This document shows positions 37,166 to 49,871 of a stretch of 64,000 nucleotides of DNA, one piece after another; within the stretch, counting starts at the first letter, position 1, and every line of letters starts with the position of its first letter. The DNA is from Heterodontus francisci (Eukaryota), in assembly GCF_036365525.1 (NCBI RefSeq), contig NC_090407.1, positions 24,766,084 through 24,830,083 on the forward strand, read 5' to 3'. Both the position numbers and the translations under genes were made by a program. The notes beneath the pieces are model-generated. The model was given only the letters and a program-made list of their open reading frames with translations, searched no databases and had not been told where the DNA came from.

Positions 37166-38347
37166 TGGTTCAGGCAACATCTGAATACACAGGTTACGTT
37201 CCTGGGGTGTATTTTCATGTTGCTGCTCCGGCGTAAAACTGGCGTTGCCTCCCGGCCGCCTGATTCTCATTTGGGGATGAGTTCAATGTTAACCAGCGGT
37301 TTCTATAATGGTCATCCAATCCACAATTCAATTTTAGGCCCAAACAGCAAGTTAATAATCCATCCTTCTTGTCTGAACTCTTGACTCCTGTCCACTGGCA
37401 ATGGGCTGAAAAGTTTTAACTGATTAAACTCGCTGTGAATTTTGAAGTCAACAAATCTTGACTCTGCCAACTTGCATTTTAAGCTCTGATTTGATCACTC
37501 GAGTAAAGTATTGGAGGACTGTAGATGCCTGTGCAACCATATCCCAATGTGAATCAATTAATGGCCTGGTAAACGAATGGTGTTTGCCACTAACGTGATG
37601 CTGCCATCAAGATGAAAAGACATTCTGCCTATCACACAAATGAGTAATGTGATATATGAATTTCAATACTAGTGTGATGCTAGGTATATAGGCCGTACCT
37701 GCCAAAGACTGGCGATCGTATCAAACAACATGCCCCTTCCGCTGTTCGCAGCGGGCAAGGTACAGGCCGTACCCAACCAGCCCATGCTTGCAAAACTCAA
37801 AACACAGTGTCCGACATTAGATTAACAATTCACTTAGACTGGAATGGACAAGTCCTAAGTTTTTCTGGTGTGTTTAGTAACTCTATTATGTAAGTACCCC
37901 AATTTCATACCTTCCATATATTCCAAGGCTGAGTCTCTTGGTGAGGTACCAGTATAGCACAGCTTGTGGAGGAGCTGGGAAATCTGGACTGCAGCTTTCG
38001 GATTTCCATGTTTATTGTACATGCATGGTTGCCGGACATGCTCTTTAATAATATTTTTACAGCAAATTTGGGCTACTGTTTTCAGGGAATATTAGGAATT
38101 TTCCTGAATTTAATATCAAATCTGACCAGTCACTATTTAGGATGGACCATTGTGAATGTGAATTGATACCTCAGCAGAGTATGTATCTTTTGGGGGAGTA
38201 GGGAGCTGGGACAAACTAAAACTTCACTGAGCAACAAAGTGCATTAATAGTAAAGGTTCTACCACATTGATTTGATTTGCTTGATGTGATTCACTTCCTG
38301 CCCCGAAGTAGTTTCTAAGCACAGCCTGGAGAACATGCCCTATTGAC

Positions 38348-38711
38348 TAGATTAGATTATGATTAGATTAGAGATACAGCACTGAAACAGGCCCTTCGGC
38401 CCACCGAGTCTGTGCCGAACATCAACCACCCATTTATACTAATCCTACACTAATCCCATATTCCTACCAAACATCCCCACCTGTCCCTATATTTCCCTAC
38501 CACCTACCTATACTAGTGACAATTTATAATGGCCAATTTACCTATCAACCTGCAAGTCTTTTGGCTTGTGGGAGGAAACCGGAGCACCCGGAGAAAACCC
38601 ACGCAGACACAGGGAGAACTTGCAAACTCCACACAGGCAGTACCCGGAAACGAACCCGGGTCCCTAGAGCTATGAGGCTGCGGTGCTAACCACTGCGCCA
38701 CTGTGCCGCCC
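38348..38711 (-). mobile_element. HE1/V-SINE
   Basis: tRNA head (GGCACAGTGGCGCAGTGGTTAGCAC...GGGTTCGTTTCC), V-domain (TGTGTGGAGTTTGCAAGTTCTCCC...GGTTTCCTCCCA), HER1-like tail ending (CTAAT)n. Confidence 0.88.
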
Positions 38712-38954
38712 AGTGGTCAAGAACTTGATAGATTAGTAAGAGTGCTGATGGCAGAGCTGAATTTTTAGCAGTTCCACTCAAAGCTGATGAAGGTTTGCAG
38801 TTCATTCAAAACTAACTGCACTTGATAAAAGTTCCAATTTCCATAAATGTGTACCCGTTGGTATACTTTGGTTCATTACAGAATGACCTTGTGCTATTTC
38901 TCACCTCACTTCCATCTTAATAAGTTTAATTGTTCTATTTTTTCCATCTGCCAG

Positions 38955-39386
38955 ACACTTATTAAAAGGAAGAAAATTAAATATGAAAACTCCGTACCTT
39001 TGCGTACCCGTGGATATCGGTTTGAAGATTACAAGATTGGACACCACATTGGAAAGGGGTGTAATGCAGCTGTGTACAAGGCGTTTATCTCTGGAATAGC
39101 CAGCCCAAAGGAAAGCAATACCATCACAATGAAGGAGAAGCTCCAAGAGGGTAACAGGGAGGGAAACACTACAGCCACGGTACAGGATGTCTCCAGTGGG
39201 GATCCTGAACTAAGAAAGAGCATAGCGATTACACAGGAAAAATCGAGTTTGAGTTTTGTGATCTTGAAGAGAGAAACATCAACTGACCCTCAGAGTGCGT
39301 CCGAGGGAGACTCCTGCTACCCTCTGAGTGCATCTGAGGGAGACTTCTGCTACCCGCTGGCTCTAAAAATGCTTTGGAATATAAAA
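38955..39386 (+). CDS. PINK1: PINK1 exon 2 (Gly-loop, enlarged insertion 1, catalytic Lys)
   Basis: cag/gtaagt; GYRFEDYKIGHHIGKGCNAAVY...YPLALKMLWNIK; 432 nt. Confidence 0.95.
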
Positions 39387-40449
39387 GTAAGTGAAACACA
39401 AAAATGTACAGTGAAAGTTAGTTGCATCAGCCCAAAAAGAAGATGACCATATACTGCGGTATGTGGCATAAGACAGCTTGAATCCAGATCTTGTGCATAT
39501 AATGAACTCTCATTTTAAAATACTTCATCCTCCACCTTGTTGTAAAAAGAGTTATTTTTCATGTAATATTTTTCCTTTAAAAATACAATTGCTTGATTAA
39601 CAATGTAATTAGTAGCCCTAACAATAACTAACGTCAGGATGGAAACAAAGCAAAATTATATATCAAAAATATTTGTAGTGGATGGATAATGTCCCTAGTT
39701 ACATACTGTCTAATTGTACACAGTACATCGAAACAAATCTATCCACTAGAATAAGCTTCGTCTGGCGTCCAGCCTGTGGGGGATTTAAAAGTCACTGCTC
39801 TGGTTACAACACTTACCAATTCATAACGAGGTGATTGTCGAGGAATATTCAACTCTTTGCAGGCGAATAGGTGGTTATGAAGATACATTTTAATATTTTT
39901 CTATCATGTTCAAACCACTCCATGCCCTAATCCTTGAAGATCTGCCATTTCAATTTCCTCTCACATCAAAATATTGTTTGGCATGGGAGGAGCGCTGGAG
40001 ATCAATTTGGGAATTAGCCTTGGATCTGCCTGAATCTTGATCCAGAGGTGGCCCAGCCTGGAAAAGCTGATACTAGCTCTTTTCTGTGCTCCCACCTGAC
40101 ATCAGAGCCAAACAATTTGACATTTCTGTGCTTTTTGATGGGTTTGACTGGACCACGTTACTTAACGTGCAAAATAGTTGTTGATGCAATTCTTCCCTTG
40201 GGTAAAATGACAGGAACTTGAGAAAATAGGGGTGAATTGATGGGAACTTTATTGTTAATATTTTATAGATTCCTGAGATAGATATCTTGTTTTCACTGTC
40301 GTCCTCTCCCATTTTAAACGTGGTAATTTTGAATGTAAAGTGAAAAATGAAAATACTTAAGGTGAAAAACATTTTAAAGCAAGCACAAGTGTTTTGCACA
40401 TTAAGCCATACAGGATTCAATGTCTTAGTGCTTGAACTTCTTATTGTAG

Positions 40450-40547
40450 GCGGGGTCCTCCAGTGATGCAATCCTGAGAGCAATGGGCAAGGAGCTGGTT
40501 CCAACCATCCCCAATGCTTTTACTGGAGAGTTTGGCAGAACCAAAGG
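40450..40547 (+). CDS. PINK1: PINK1 exon 3
   Basis: tag/gttagt; AGSSSDAILRAMGKELVPTIPNAFTGEFGRTKG; 98 nt; GSSS autophosphorylation motif. Confidence 0.93.
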
Positions 40548-40639
40548 GTTAGTTACATGTGTGCTGCAGCTTTGTTAGCAACTTTTTGCCTCATCAGTAT
40601 GAATGTTATAAGATAAGTGATCACAGATATCGTACAATC

Positions 40640-42365
40640 GATTAAATACATTTGCTTGTGGGTGGATTTTTCTTTTGTTTTGCTTAAAATTCTTGTCTGT
40701 GCAGTCCAGTCATTATGTATTGTTTCCGAGCCCAGAAGGCATCGAGATAACAGACATAACTGTATCAAGCTGAAAGAAAAAGCGAATGCAAACGTGAGGA
40801 AATGTAGAAATCCAGCCAATGGGAGAATTATAAATAGCAACAATGGGATACAAAAAAGTAATCGGAACTGCAAAAGAGGTGTATGAAAGATAAATACTTG
40901 CAAGGGATCTTATTGCCAACAGCAAACGTTTCAATAAATATAGTGAGAAAGTATGGTAAAAGGGAATGTGGGCCCATTAAAGACAGATGGAGGAGAGACT
41001 TAATGGATAACTATTAAATACATGTTAAATGAGTGCTTAGTATCTGCTTTTACAGTGGAGGAAGAGGACAAAAATGTGTGGTAAAGGGAATATGAAAATA
41101 AGCAGAGGGGAGGAACCTGGTGGGTTTAATATAAATAAAATAATTGCAATGTAGAAAATAATGGAACTTAAGATGGACAGATCTCCAGGATCTGATGGTT
41201 TCCACCCAAGGTATTAACAGAAATAGGTGAGGAAACTGCACACCTGTCAATTTAACATCAGTGGTGGGGAAGTTACTGTTTATATCATCAGAGACAGAAG
41301 TGACTGAGCAGTTGGACAAGTATCAACTGACTGAAGAGTGTCATATAATCATTAAATAGATCAACACAGAAGGAGGCCATTCAGATCATCAAGTCTGCGC
41401 CAGCTCTTTCGGAGAGCAATCCAGTTATTCCCACTCCCCCACTCATTCCCAATTTAGGTGTCCATGTACACACATCACTAAAAGCTAGTGCAGAGGTGCA
41501 AAAAGTAGTCAAGAAGAATAATGGAATATTGGTCTTTGTCTCAAGGCACTTGAAATTCAAAAGTGAGGAAGTGATGCTTAAGTTGTACAGAGCCTTGATC
41601 AGACCCAATATAGTGTACTGTGTTCAGTTTTGGGCACCGAACTTCAGGCTTGATATTTTGACTTTGGAAGGGTTACAATGCAGATTCACAAGAATGATAC
41701 CGGGGCCTAACAAGTTAAAGTATGAGGACAGGTTACATAAACTTAGTTTGTATTCCCTTGAGTTTAGAAGGTTGAGAGATGATTTAAAACAGGCCTTTAA
41801 AATGACAATGGAATTTGATAGGGTAGATACAAGGAAACTGTTCTCTCTGGTGATGGAGTCCAGAATAAGGGGTATAATCTTAAAATTAGAGCCAGGCCAT
41901 TTAGGAGTGAAATCAGGAAGCACCTTTTACACACAAAGGATGATAGATCATATCATACAGCACAGAAGGAAGCCATTCAGCCCATTGTGCCTGTGCTTTG
42001 AATGGGCTATCAAATTCGTCCCATTCCTTTGCCCTTTCCCCATAGTCCTGCAAAATTTCTCCAAGTAATTATCCCAATTCTCTTTTGAAAGTTACTATTG
42101 GATCTTCCTCCACCACCCTTTCAGGCAGTACATTCCAGATCATCGTAACAAGGGTGGTGGAAATCTGGAACACTGTTCCAAAAAAGGCTCTAATGCTGGG
42201 TCAGTTGAAATTTTCAAGACTGAGATATGGATTTGTGTTGAGCAAGAGTCTCAAGGTATAGGGAACAAAGGCAGGTAAATGGGGACGAGGTACAGATCAA
42301 CCATGCTCTGGTTAAATGGTGAAAGAGGCTCAAAGGGCAGAAATGCTATGCCTGTGTTTTCTATG
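40640..42365 (+). mobile_element. Decayed CR1 LINE with two nested antisense CR1-tail fragments
   Basis: LYRALIRPNIVYCVQFWAPNFR...LYSLEFRRLRDDL; antisense inserts at ~41350-41450 and ~41945-42150 (GAAGGAGGCCATTCAG...). Confidence 0.75.
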
Positions 42366-42658
42366 ACGTGAAAGAGTGGCTTCGGGTGACTTCCTCTTAC
42401 CTCACAGTTACGGCCAAGATAGAAATTCTGCACTTGTGGCAGTGAATCTACTCCTTAATGTCGTGGCATAAGATGCTGCTCTACCAGTTTACTGCACTGC
42501 AGCTCCACCATCATATTGGAGTATAACAGCAATTTCAATTGAAATCATGTAATATTATTATCTTATGTGCTACATACAGGGACAAGGAGACACACATTAC
42601 ATGAATTTTCCTCCTGAATTGTCCTTTACTTCATAATTTCTTCTATTATTTTGGTCAG

Positions 42659-42841
42659 ACCCTACAGTCATAACAGAAAGAAGATGAAACCACATCCAAA
42701 CATCATCCAGATTGTCCGAGCTTTCATAGACAATGTTCCTCTCTTGCCTGGAGCTTGGATAGAGTACCCTGATGTACTGCCAACCAGATTGAATCCTAGT
42801 GGGTTTGGATACAACCGCACCCTCTTTCTGGTGATGAAAAA
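42659..42841 (+). CDS. PINK1: PINK1 exon 4 (insertion 3 region)
   Basis: cag/gtaag; [49 protein letters not shown]; 183 nt. Confidence 0.96.
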
Positions 42842-43949
42842 GTAAGCAGTTTGGACCCTGCAAGGTGTGTGTATTTGGGGGCCCCCAGCTGAAGAATTAT
42901 CTCCGGTCCATCATGTGATGTACTTGAGTTTGTAAGGGAAAGAAACCTGAAAGCAGCCATGGTAAAACACACAATGTAGGTCTCTGTGTGGGATGTAAGG
43001 AATTGATTAAGTGCTAGATATTGGACATCGATTCTATATAGCCGATTTAGTTAGGCTAGCCCATGATTCAGCGATCCCGGAATGATATTGGTTAAGCAGT
43101 GTAGTTATTGGCAGGACTATCAAATTTTTCATTTAAGATCAGTGTACAGTTGCTGGAAGGGGTTCAGAATTGTTTTTAATGTTTATCTGCATTCCCTTTT
43201 TGCTAAAAATGGTACAGAATGGAAAGCTTGTGAACCCTTGACTGGGAAATAACTATATATGTTACGGTATTGGTTGCAGTAGTAAACCCAGCTTGGTTTG
43301 AGGATTCAGATTATTTGAACCTGTGTATGTATTAGTGCTGTGGTGCCACAATATAGCCTTTGGGGGACACTTGCAAACCACACACCTTTGAGCTGGTCTG
43401 CAACGAATGTCCTTATATTGCTGCGGGATATTGCTAGAGTGAGGATTCACTGTTGTTCCAGCCTTGCTTGCTGTCCAGTGAGAGGGAGAGAGAGAGAGCA
43501 CAGTAATGTTAGGGATTTCTGCAGTGTCCCCATAGACCTTATAAAATATAATTGTTGGTACTGTAGATTTTCCCCCTTCCTGTTGGGAAACACTCAGCCT
43601 CTACTTGGGAACAGCCTGGGTGACACATTGGAAATTCACAACTCACTCTGGTGAAGCATATTGCAACATTCTAGAGAATGACTTTTGAGCAAGACTTGCT
43701 GTAGATTGCAACCAAAACAAAAAGTTGATTAAACACTGATGACTCAGCTGTTTGTGGCAGATTAGGAGGGTCAAATATTCTGTCACTGGTCTGTGCTGCA
43801 CTGAGTTCGCTGATCTCAATTGGGACCCTTGTGGCTCTGTGTTAGGGATCTGGTTCTTGATTGCTATCTACTGACCCTTGCTGGAACGCCTTTGGAGATT
43901 GAGTCAGAACAGGAAAGACTTTGGCTATGTTGTCCCTGTTGTGGAGTAC

Positions 43950-44415
43950 TGTTGAGAACTCACACGAGACAGCTGTAGGTGAAGCAAACAATATTTATTC
44001 AGAGATACAAGTATGCATACAGGGGAGTACATCTCTCAGTGAGATCCAAGAAGGGACTCAAAGCTCCTTTGTTTAATCCATATACTTGTACATTAACTTC
44101 ACGTGACATTCTCTGCGTCAGCTATTTTCACATATTCACATGGCCAGCTGCTTATTCCAACATATGCCTTCCTTTGTTCTGACATATCTAGCTGTTCCAA
44201 GGCCATCGGTCTGTGGTTCGATCGCTCAGTCCCTTCCTTTGTTCTTGTCCCTTGCCCCAGTCACGTCTCACTTTTTAATTATATCTTCACAGTTGAAGTT
44301 ATACATTATTTGCAGTGTTAGCAGTTTTCTACTTTGGTGGCCTGCCTAGCAGTGTTAGTATTTTTTAGCATTCTTCTTGCTAATTATCCCATGATTCCCT
44401 ACTTCAGTCACCACA
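43950..44415 (-). mobile_element. Putative solo LTR (466 bp) inserted in an LF-SINE-like copy
   Basis: TGT...ACA termini; flanks GTAC/GTAA (3 of 4); TTTATT near the left end (AATAAA on minus); the host SINE sequence resumes after 44415. Confidence 0.6.
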
Positions 44416-44705
44416 GTAAAAAGCCTACTAATACTTGCTACCTGGACTCGTGCCTAAAGAATAATGGCTTGGGTGAGGCACCTTTGCATCTGTGGAGTTG
44501 TATTGCAACAAGAGTCAGCATCTTTAGGAGAGGAACAGAGAAAATTAGCATAAAAGGAATAGGGTGCAAAAAATTTTTTTAGACAACAGGCATTTTGACT
44601 ATGTGAGACTGTATGATGCTTTTGGAAGAACTGCTGCTATTCAAGTAAAACATCTTTTTGGCAGGACAAAATGCAGAGCTGACATTTGTGTATTTTGTGC
44701 CTTAG

Positions 44706-44869
44706 CTATCCATGCACCCTGCGCCAGTACCTGCAGATTTGTAGCCCCACCGCAAAGTATGCTACCCTGATGATTCTTCAGTTACTGGAGGGAGTGGATC
44801 ATCTGGTTCAACATAGCATTGCGCACAGAGACCTGAAGTCTGATAATATCCTGGTGGAGTTTGATTCAG
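44706..44869 (+). CDS. PINK1: PINK1 exon 5 (HRD catalytic loop)
   Basis: tag/gtgatt; YPCTLRQYL...[31 protein letters not shown]; 164 nt. Confidence 0.96.
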
Positions 44870-45406
44870 GTGATTGTGCAAATTGAGTGGGAGCGGGAAG
44901 AGCCTATAAGCAATCATTAAAATTTAAATTTTTGAATGTTATATCAACTCTACAGGCACAAAACAATTTATTCAGTAAGAGATTCTGGGCATATCGTATC
45001 AGAACAAGGTAAGGGAGGATTTGTGCAGAATTCCAGTCTTGAGGCACAGGATTCTGTACAGGATAAAGCTCTGGCTCAGTATTTACACAATGTATAGTGT
45101 ACTCAAATTTGTATATTATAAATTCTTTCGCCTTTTTTAAAATGCAGTGAGAAAGATAGAAGGATTTACAGTCAGTATTGCATGTAGGTCACTGATAGCT
45201 GCAATCATTCTCTGGCACCTCAAAAGATTGTTTCTCTGCTATTATTTTGTAGATCAGGTTTTTTTTTTATTTAACAGTTTTAATTCTACAGAAAATAAAA
45301 TTAATTTTCAATTCATAGCACTCTTGCCTCAGTTGTTAGAATTGCTGATTCAAGACCCACTGATAAAGCTCAGTATAAATGTGAATCTTTTTTGTGCACT
45401 GTTTAG

Positions 45407-45534
45407 TTGGCTGCCCACGTTTGGTGATCACTGATTTTGGTTGCTGTCTGGCAGAGGAAACTCTGGGTTTACGGCTTCCCTTTACCAGTATGGATGTCGA
45501 CAGGGGAGGAAATAGCTGCCTAATGGCTCCTGAG
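45407..45534 (+). CDS. PINK1: PINK1 exon 6 (DFG to APE), GC donor
   Basis: tag acceptor; [15 protein letters not shown]...[11 protein letters not shown]|gcaagt; 128 nt. Confidence 0.93.
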
Positions 45535-45712
45535 GCAAGTGCACTGAAAAAATGTGTAACATTTTTTGAAGCTGGTACTTGTGTTAATGTTTGTAGTGTG
45601 ACATACTTGTCTGTAACTGCAATCAGAGCCACTTGTTTGTGGTAACTGAACAAGTCAAAATTTGTTGACTAGATAGTACACAAAGTCTAATCCCTACTCT
45701 TGTGCTTTCCAG

Positions 45713-45949
45713 ATTTCAACAGCAGTCCCTGGACCCAATGTAACTATTGATTACAGCAAATCAGATGCCTGGTCAGTGGGTACCTTAGCCTATGAGATCC
45801 TGGGTCTTCCCAATCCATTTTATGGATGTGGAATGGATTACCTGGAGAGCAGGAACTACCAAGAGAATAAGCTGCCGCCTCTGCCAGGCTCCATTCACAG
45901 AGATGTGAAGCTGGGGGTGAAGCTTTTGTTGTGCAGAGATCCTAAAAGG
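45713..45949 (+). CDS. PINK1: PINK1 exon 7
   Basis: cag/gtgagt; ISTAVPGPNVTIDYSKSDAWSVGTLAYEILGLPNPFY...RDPKR; 237 nt. Confidence 0.96.
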
Positions 45950-47261
45950 GTGAGTACAGCAGCAATAGTTGAAACTGTTCGTTGACTTGAAATTAAGAGA
46001 TCCTTTTGTAAGTGCCCTTGGTAGAAACCACCTTGTTTTTGTGAACATTACAAAATTGACAGGCAGGAAAAAACAAGCTGATTCATCAAGTCTGTCCCAT
46101 GCCTTGACGGCCACAGCATAATTACCAGATATCTCCTCTCCGTTCTACTCTCCCCTCACCCTCCACAACCTCACAGTCATGTGCTCTCGAGAGAAAAAAC
46201 CCAGAGCCAATAAGGAAAAATACTCTGAAAAATTCGTCTCCAACCCCCTGAGGTGATTGAAACCAGTCTGGGAAATCACAATCAAGAACAGGTCCAACTG
46301 CCTCTTGAAGGCATAGATAGAGTCAACATCACCACACCAGCTGGCAATGTATTCCAGAGGCTCTCTAATCTCTCGAAAAAGAACTGCCTGACATCCAGTC
46401 TGCCTTTGCATAGTTTTAACAAACATTTTAATGGCTTCCTCATACATATATAATCCCTATCTGATTCAGGATCTGCAACATATTCACCTTTATAACCTAT
46501 TATTTGCATGGATGCTAAAGAGAACATGGTCATGAGGATTTTGTTGAATTTGAAATGAAGTTATATCGTCACTAACCGGTTTTCCCTGCATCAGTTCCAG
46601 TCACACACTTGGTTTGTTAGTATTCCCTTGTACCCTTTACAACCTGTTTCTTTTCTGTTTTGCAAATTTTTCCACCTCCTCTCATAAAGATGCTGACTTG
46701 CTGGGGTACAGGTTCAATGACTTGGTACCTGGCTAGTCATCATGTTTGAGCCCTGGGCAGTGAATGCCAGCAGGCTTATTCAAGTAAATAGTGTCACAGC
46801 CAACCCCAAACATGATCCTGTCCTCACCTAATGTCCATACAGCAAGGATCACTGGATAGGGAAAACGCAGCTGATCATGAGGCCAGTTGTAGTGCCCCCA
46901 CTGCTACCCTGACTCAGGTAACTCTTTCAGCATAGACAGGCAAGTCATCTGCTGGTAGGGAGGAAGGAGTCTGGTGATTAAATCAAAATTAACCTATTTG
47001 GACCATTGGGATTTTGCTGTACTTGCCCAATGTTTCAACACATGTAGTTATGCAGATGCCTTCCAACCAGCAGTGCCTACTCAGCTGTCCATAGAAGTGA
47101 AGATGAGAATTTTGAAATAAAAGCAGTGAATGCTGGAAACATTCAGCAGGTCAGGCAGCATCTGTGGAGTGAAGAACATAGTTAGCATTTCAGGTCAATG
47201 ACCTTTCATTATGACTCTCTGGGGCAGAGGGAACCCATGGAGTTTGTAAGGAAAGATGAAT

Positions 47262-47805
47262 GGCTGGATCTTGTGCTGGAGGTGGGGCTCCTGGTGCTGG
47301 GCCAAAAAGGCAGAGGGATCCCCCGCCCTGCCGAGTGGTACTCTGGTCTTTTTTTTTGGAAATGTCTTAGGAGGCGGGATCCCTGTCCCTTTTAAAGATG
47401 GGGATCCCGCCTCCAAGAGCTGCTGCCCAATCACGGGACTGGCAGCTCGGCAGTATTGGCAGCACCACAAATTGCCCACGAAGGAGGGACACACCCTAAG
47501 CCCACAGGGAGGGCGCCTCGTTTTACAAGGCATCCTCCCTGCATGGCAAAGCCCCCCCCCACCCCAGTAAGATCCCAGCAGTGGTGGGAAGAGGCTCTTA
47601 ATTTGCCCTTAATAGGCCACTTGAGTGCCTCTGGGCGGGAAGGCTGTCGTCTGCCTATTCCGCCTCTGGGAAGATTGCTGGGCAATATGGAGGCAACAGG
47701 CCCCTCCGTCCTGCCACCCGCACAATTCTCCGTGCCCCCCCACCCCCCCACACTGCTTCCGATCCCGCCTCGGGGTAGGGGGGGGGGGGCCATAAGATCC
47801 CAGCC
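47262..47805. mobile_element. MITE (PIF/Harbinger-like) inserted in a Penelope-like remnant
   Basis: TIRs GGCTGGATCTTGTG and CATAAGATCCCAGCC; GAA next to both ends; GC-rich interior. Confidence 0.6.
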
Positions 47806-47993
47806 GAAGTTATTGTCTCCTCCACACGTCATTCAAAGGCCTCCTAAAGACTTTACTCTACTGGCTGTTTTTCCCAGTTTTTAGCATTGGATCACTGAGG
47901 CTGTCTTTCCTCCCATCGCAGCTAAAAGTGTGGATTTTCATTATCTGTTGATCTGTATAACCTAGAAATTAAAATTTTTCTTCCTTTTCACAG

Positions 47994-48251
47994 CGCCTGT
48001 CAGCAAGAGTTGCTGCAAACATGCTGCATCTACATCTGTGGGGGGCGGAGCTCCTTGCCTCAGCTCAGATGAGCGTAGACAAGGTTTTTGACTGGCTTCG
48101 GTGCCAGACTCTGCTCACCTGCCTGCAGGTCACAATGAGTTGTGAATTATCTGTCGAGACCGAACTAAAGAGAAGCTTCTTGGCAAATCTCAGCTTTGAA
48201 GAACTGAAGCTGGGACTGGATCTACTGCTACATGGGAAGAGCAACCTCTAA
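47994..48251 (+). CDS. PINK1: PINK1 exon 8 (C-terminal extension, stop)
   Basis: Polypyrimidine + cag; RLSARVAANMLHLHLWG...VETELKRSFLANL...SNL*; 258 nt. Confidence 0.95.
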   Translation, partial: RLSARVAANMLHLHLWGAELLASAQMSVDKVFDWLRCQTLLTCLQVTMSCELSVETELKRSFLANLSFEELKLGLDLLLHGKSNL

Positions 48252-48271
48252 ATGCAACACGAGTTCACAGC

Positions 48272-48353
48272 AATAAATAAAACAGTGGGTTCTAAAACCA
48301 AATTTACTGAAATTAATTAATTATTAGCTATTAATTAAAGACCTAGGAATAAA
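48272..48353 (+). terminator. PINK1: Candidate PINK1 polyadenylation signals
   Basis: AATAAATAAA at 48272-48281 and AATAAA at 48348-48353, just after the stop codon. Confidence 0.5.
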
Positions 48354-48488
48354 ACTTTGTACTCAGTTATGAGGTGAATACGAGCTGAAAAAGTATGTCT
48401 GGGACTTATCCTGTTCCAATAGTTAATGATAAGTGAATGCTATCTCTTACCCTATAGTACTTGACTGACATCATGGGGCAAGAACCAT

Positions 48489-48800
48489 GGGGTGACACAG
48501 TGGCGCAATGGTTAGCACCGCAGCCTCACAGCTCCAGAGACCTGGGTTCAATTCTGGGTACTGCCTGTGCGGAGTTTGCAAGTTCTCCCTGTGACCGCGT
48601 GGGTTTTCCCTGGGTGTTCTGGTTTCCTTCCACCGCCAAAGACTTGCAGGTGATAGGTAAATTGGCCATTGTAAATTGCCCCTAGTGTAGGTAGGGAATA
48701 TGGGATTACTGTAGGGTTAGTATAAATGGGTGGTTATTGGTCGGCACAGACTCGGTTGGCCGAAGGGCCTGTTTCTGTGCTGTATCTCTAAAACAAAAAA
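48489..48800 (+). mobile_element. HE1/V-SINE
   Basis: CACAGTGGCGCAATGGTTAGCACCGCAGCCTCACAGC, V-domain, tail GGCCGAAGGGCCTGTTTCTGTGCTGTATCTCTAAAA. Confidence 0.88.
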
Positions 48801-49515
48801 GAAATTATAGGCTTCTGTAGATCTGAAACAGCTGGGAAATAAATACATGAATGTGTGACTAACTGTGTTTACTGTAGACTGTCACTGACCCTGCCAATCT
48901 AAAATGGATGCTAGCTCACCAATGAATTGTGTTTCTTGCACAATTTGTACCTTGAAGTCGAGCTCTGGAACTCAGCACTTTTATTTAGCAAAAAAACCCA
49001 GATGAAAGTCCAAGGTCCACAGTGCACGGCATCATCAAGTTGTAAAGTGCATGAGAAGAATGAAGACAAATCATTAAGTAGTGGTAGGTGACACTGAGCC
49101 TAGGTTTTAAAAGCCTGTGTAGCTTGTAGGAGGAAAGGGAGACTGAGGGGGTACAAGAAATTCCAGTTTTGAGATTTTGGGGAGGGAAAAATAAGTTTGC
49201 AGACATAGGAAATATTAATCCTGTGGGCAGGAGCTGTTGGTCATGTGCAGGTTCCATTTAGGGAAGAAATCTAAAAACTAACTGGAACATTTTTCTGCAT
49301 ACCTTTCTTGTTTTTCCTGTATTGCAGCAGTTTCACAGCTAAATTAGTTGCTGAGCTAATTAACTAGCCGTTTACACTGATGCACAGGTATGTTTTCAGT
49401 TTGCATTTACACTGTAGTCCTGTTTAAAGTAATTTAAATAAAGTTAGTACTATCTGAAATTTGAACATTGATCTCATTTTCATTTCCCTTAGCCCTTTTG
49501 TTTTTGTTGCTGTTC

Positions 49516-49871
49516 TATAAATCATTGATATCCAGCACTGTGATCTCTCATATGATATAAATCATTGATATCCAGCACTGTGATCTCTCATATGATATAA
49601 ATCATTGATATCCAGCACTGTGATCTCTCATATGATATAAATCATTGATATCCAGCACTGTGATCTCTCATATGATATAAATCATTGATATCCAGCACTG
49701 TGATCTCTCATATGATATAAATCATTGATATCCAGCACTGTGATCTCTCATATGATATAAATCATTGATATCCAGCACTGTGATCTCTCATATGATATAA
49801 ATCATTGATATCCAGCACTGTGATCTCTCATATGATATAAATCATTGATATCCAGCACTGTGATCTCTCAT
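49516..49871. repeat. Perfect minisatellite, 40-bp unit x8.9
   Basis: TATAAATCATTGATATCCAGCACTGTGATCTCTCATATGA; ATCATTGATA recurs every 40 bp from 49521 to 49841. Confidence 0.97.

Noticed and set aside
38348-38711. tRNA genes at the A/B-box sites (also 325, 27210, 48489, 55568)
   Set aside because: No complete cloverleaf or T-run terminator. Each continues into a SINE/LINE body.
49516-49871. CRISPR-like array
   Set aside because: Units are identical end to end with no unique spacers, there are no cas genes, and the context is vertebrate. It is a minisatellite.
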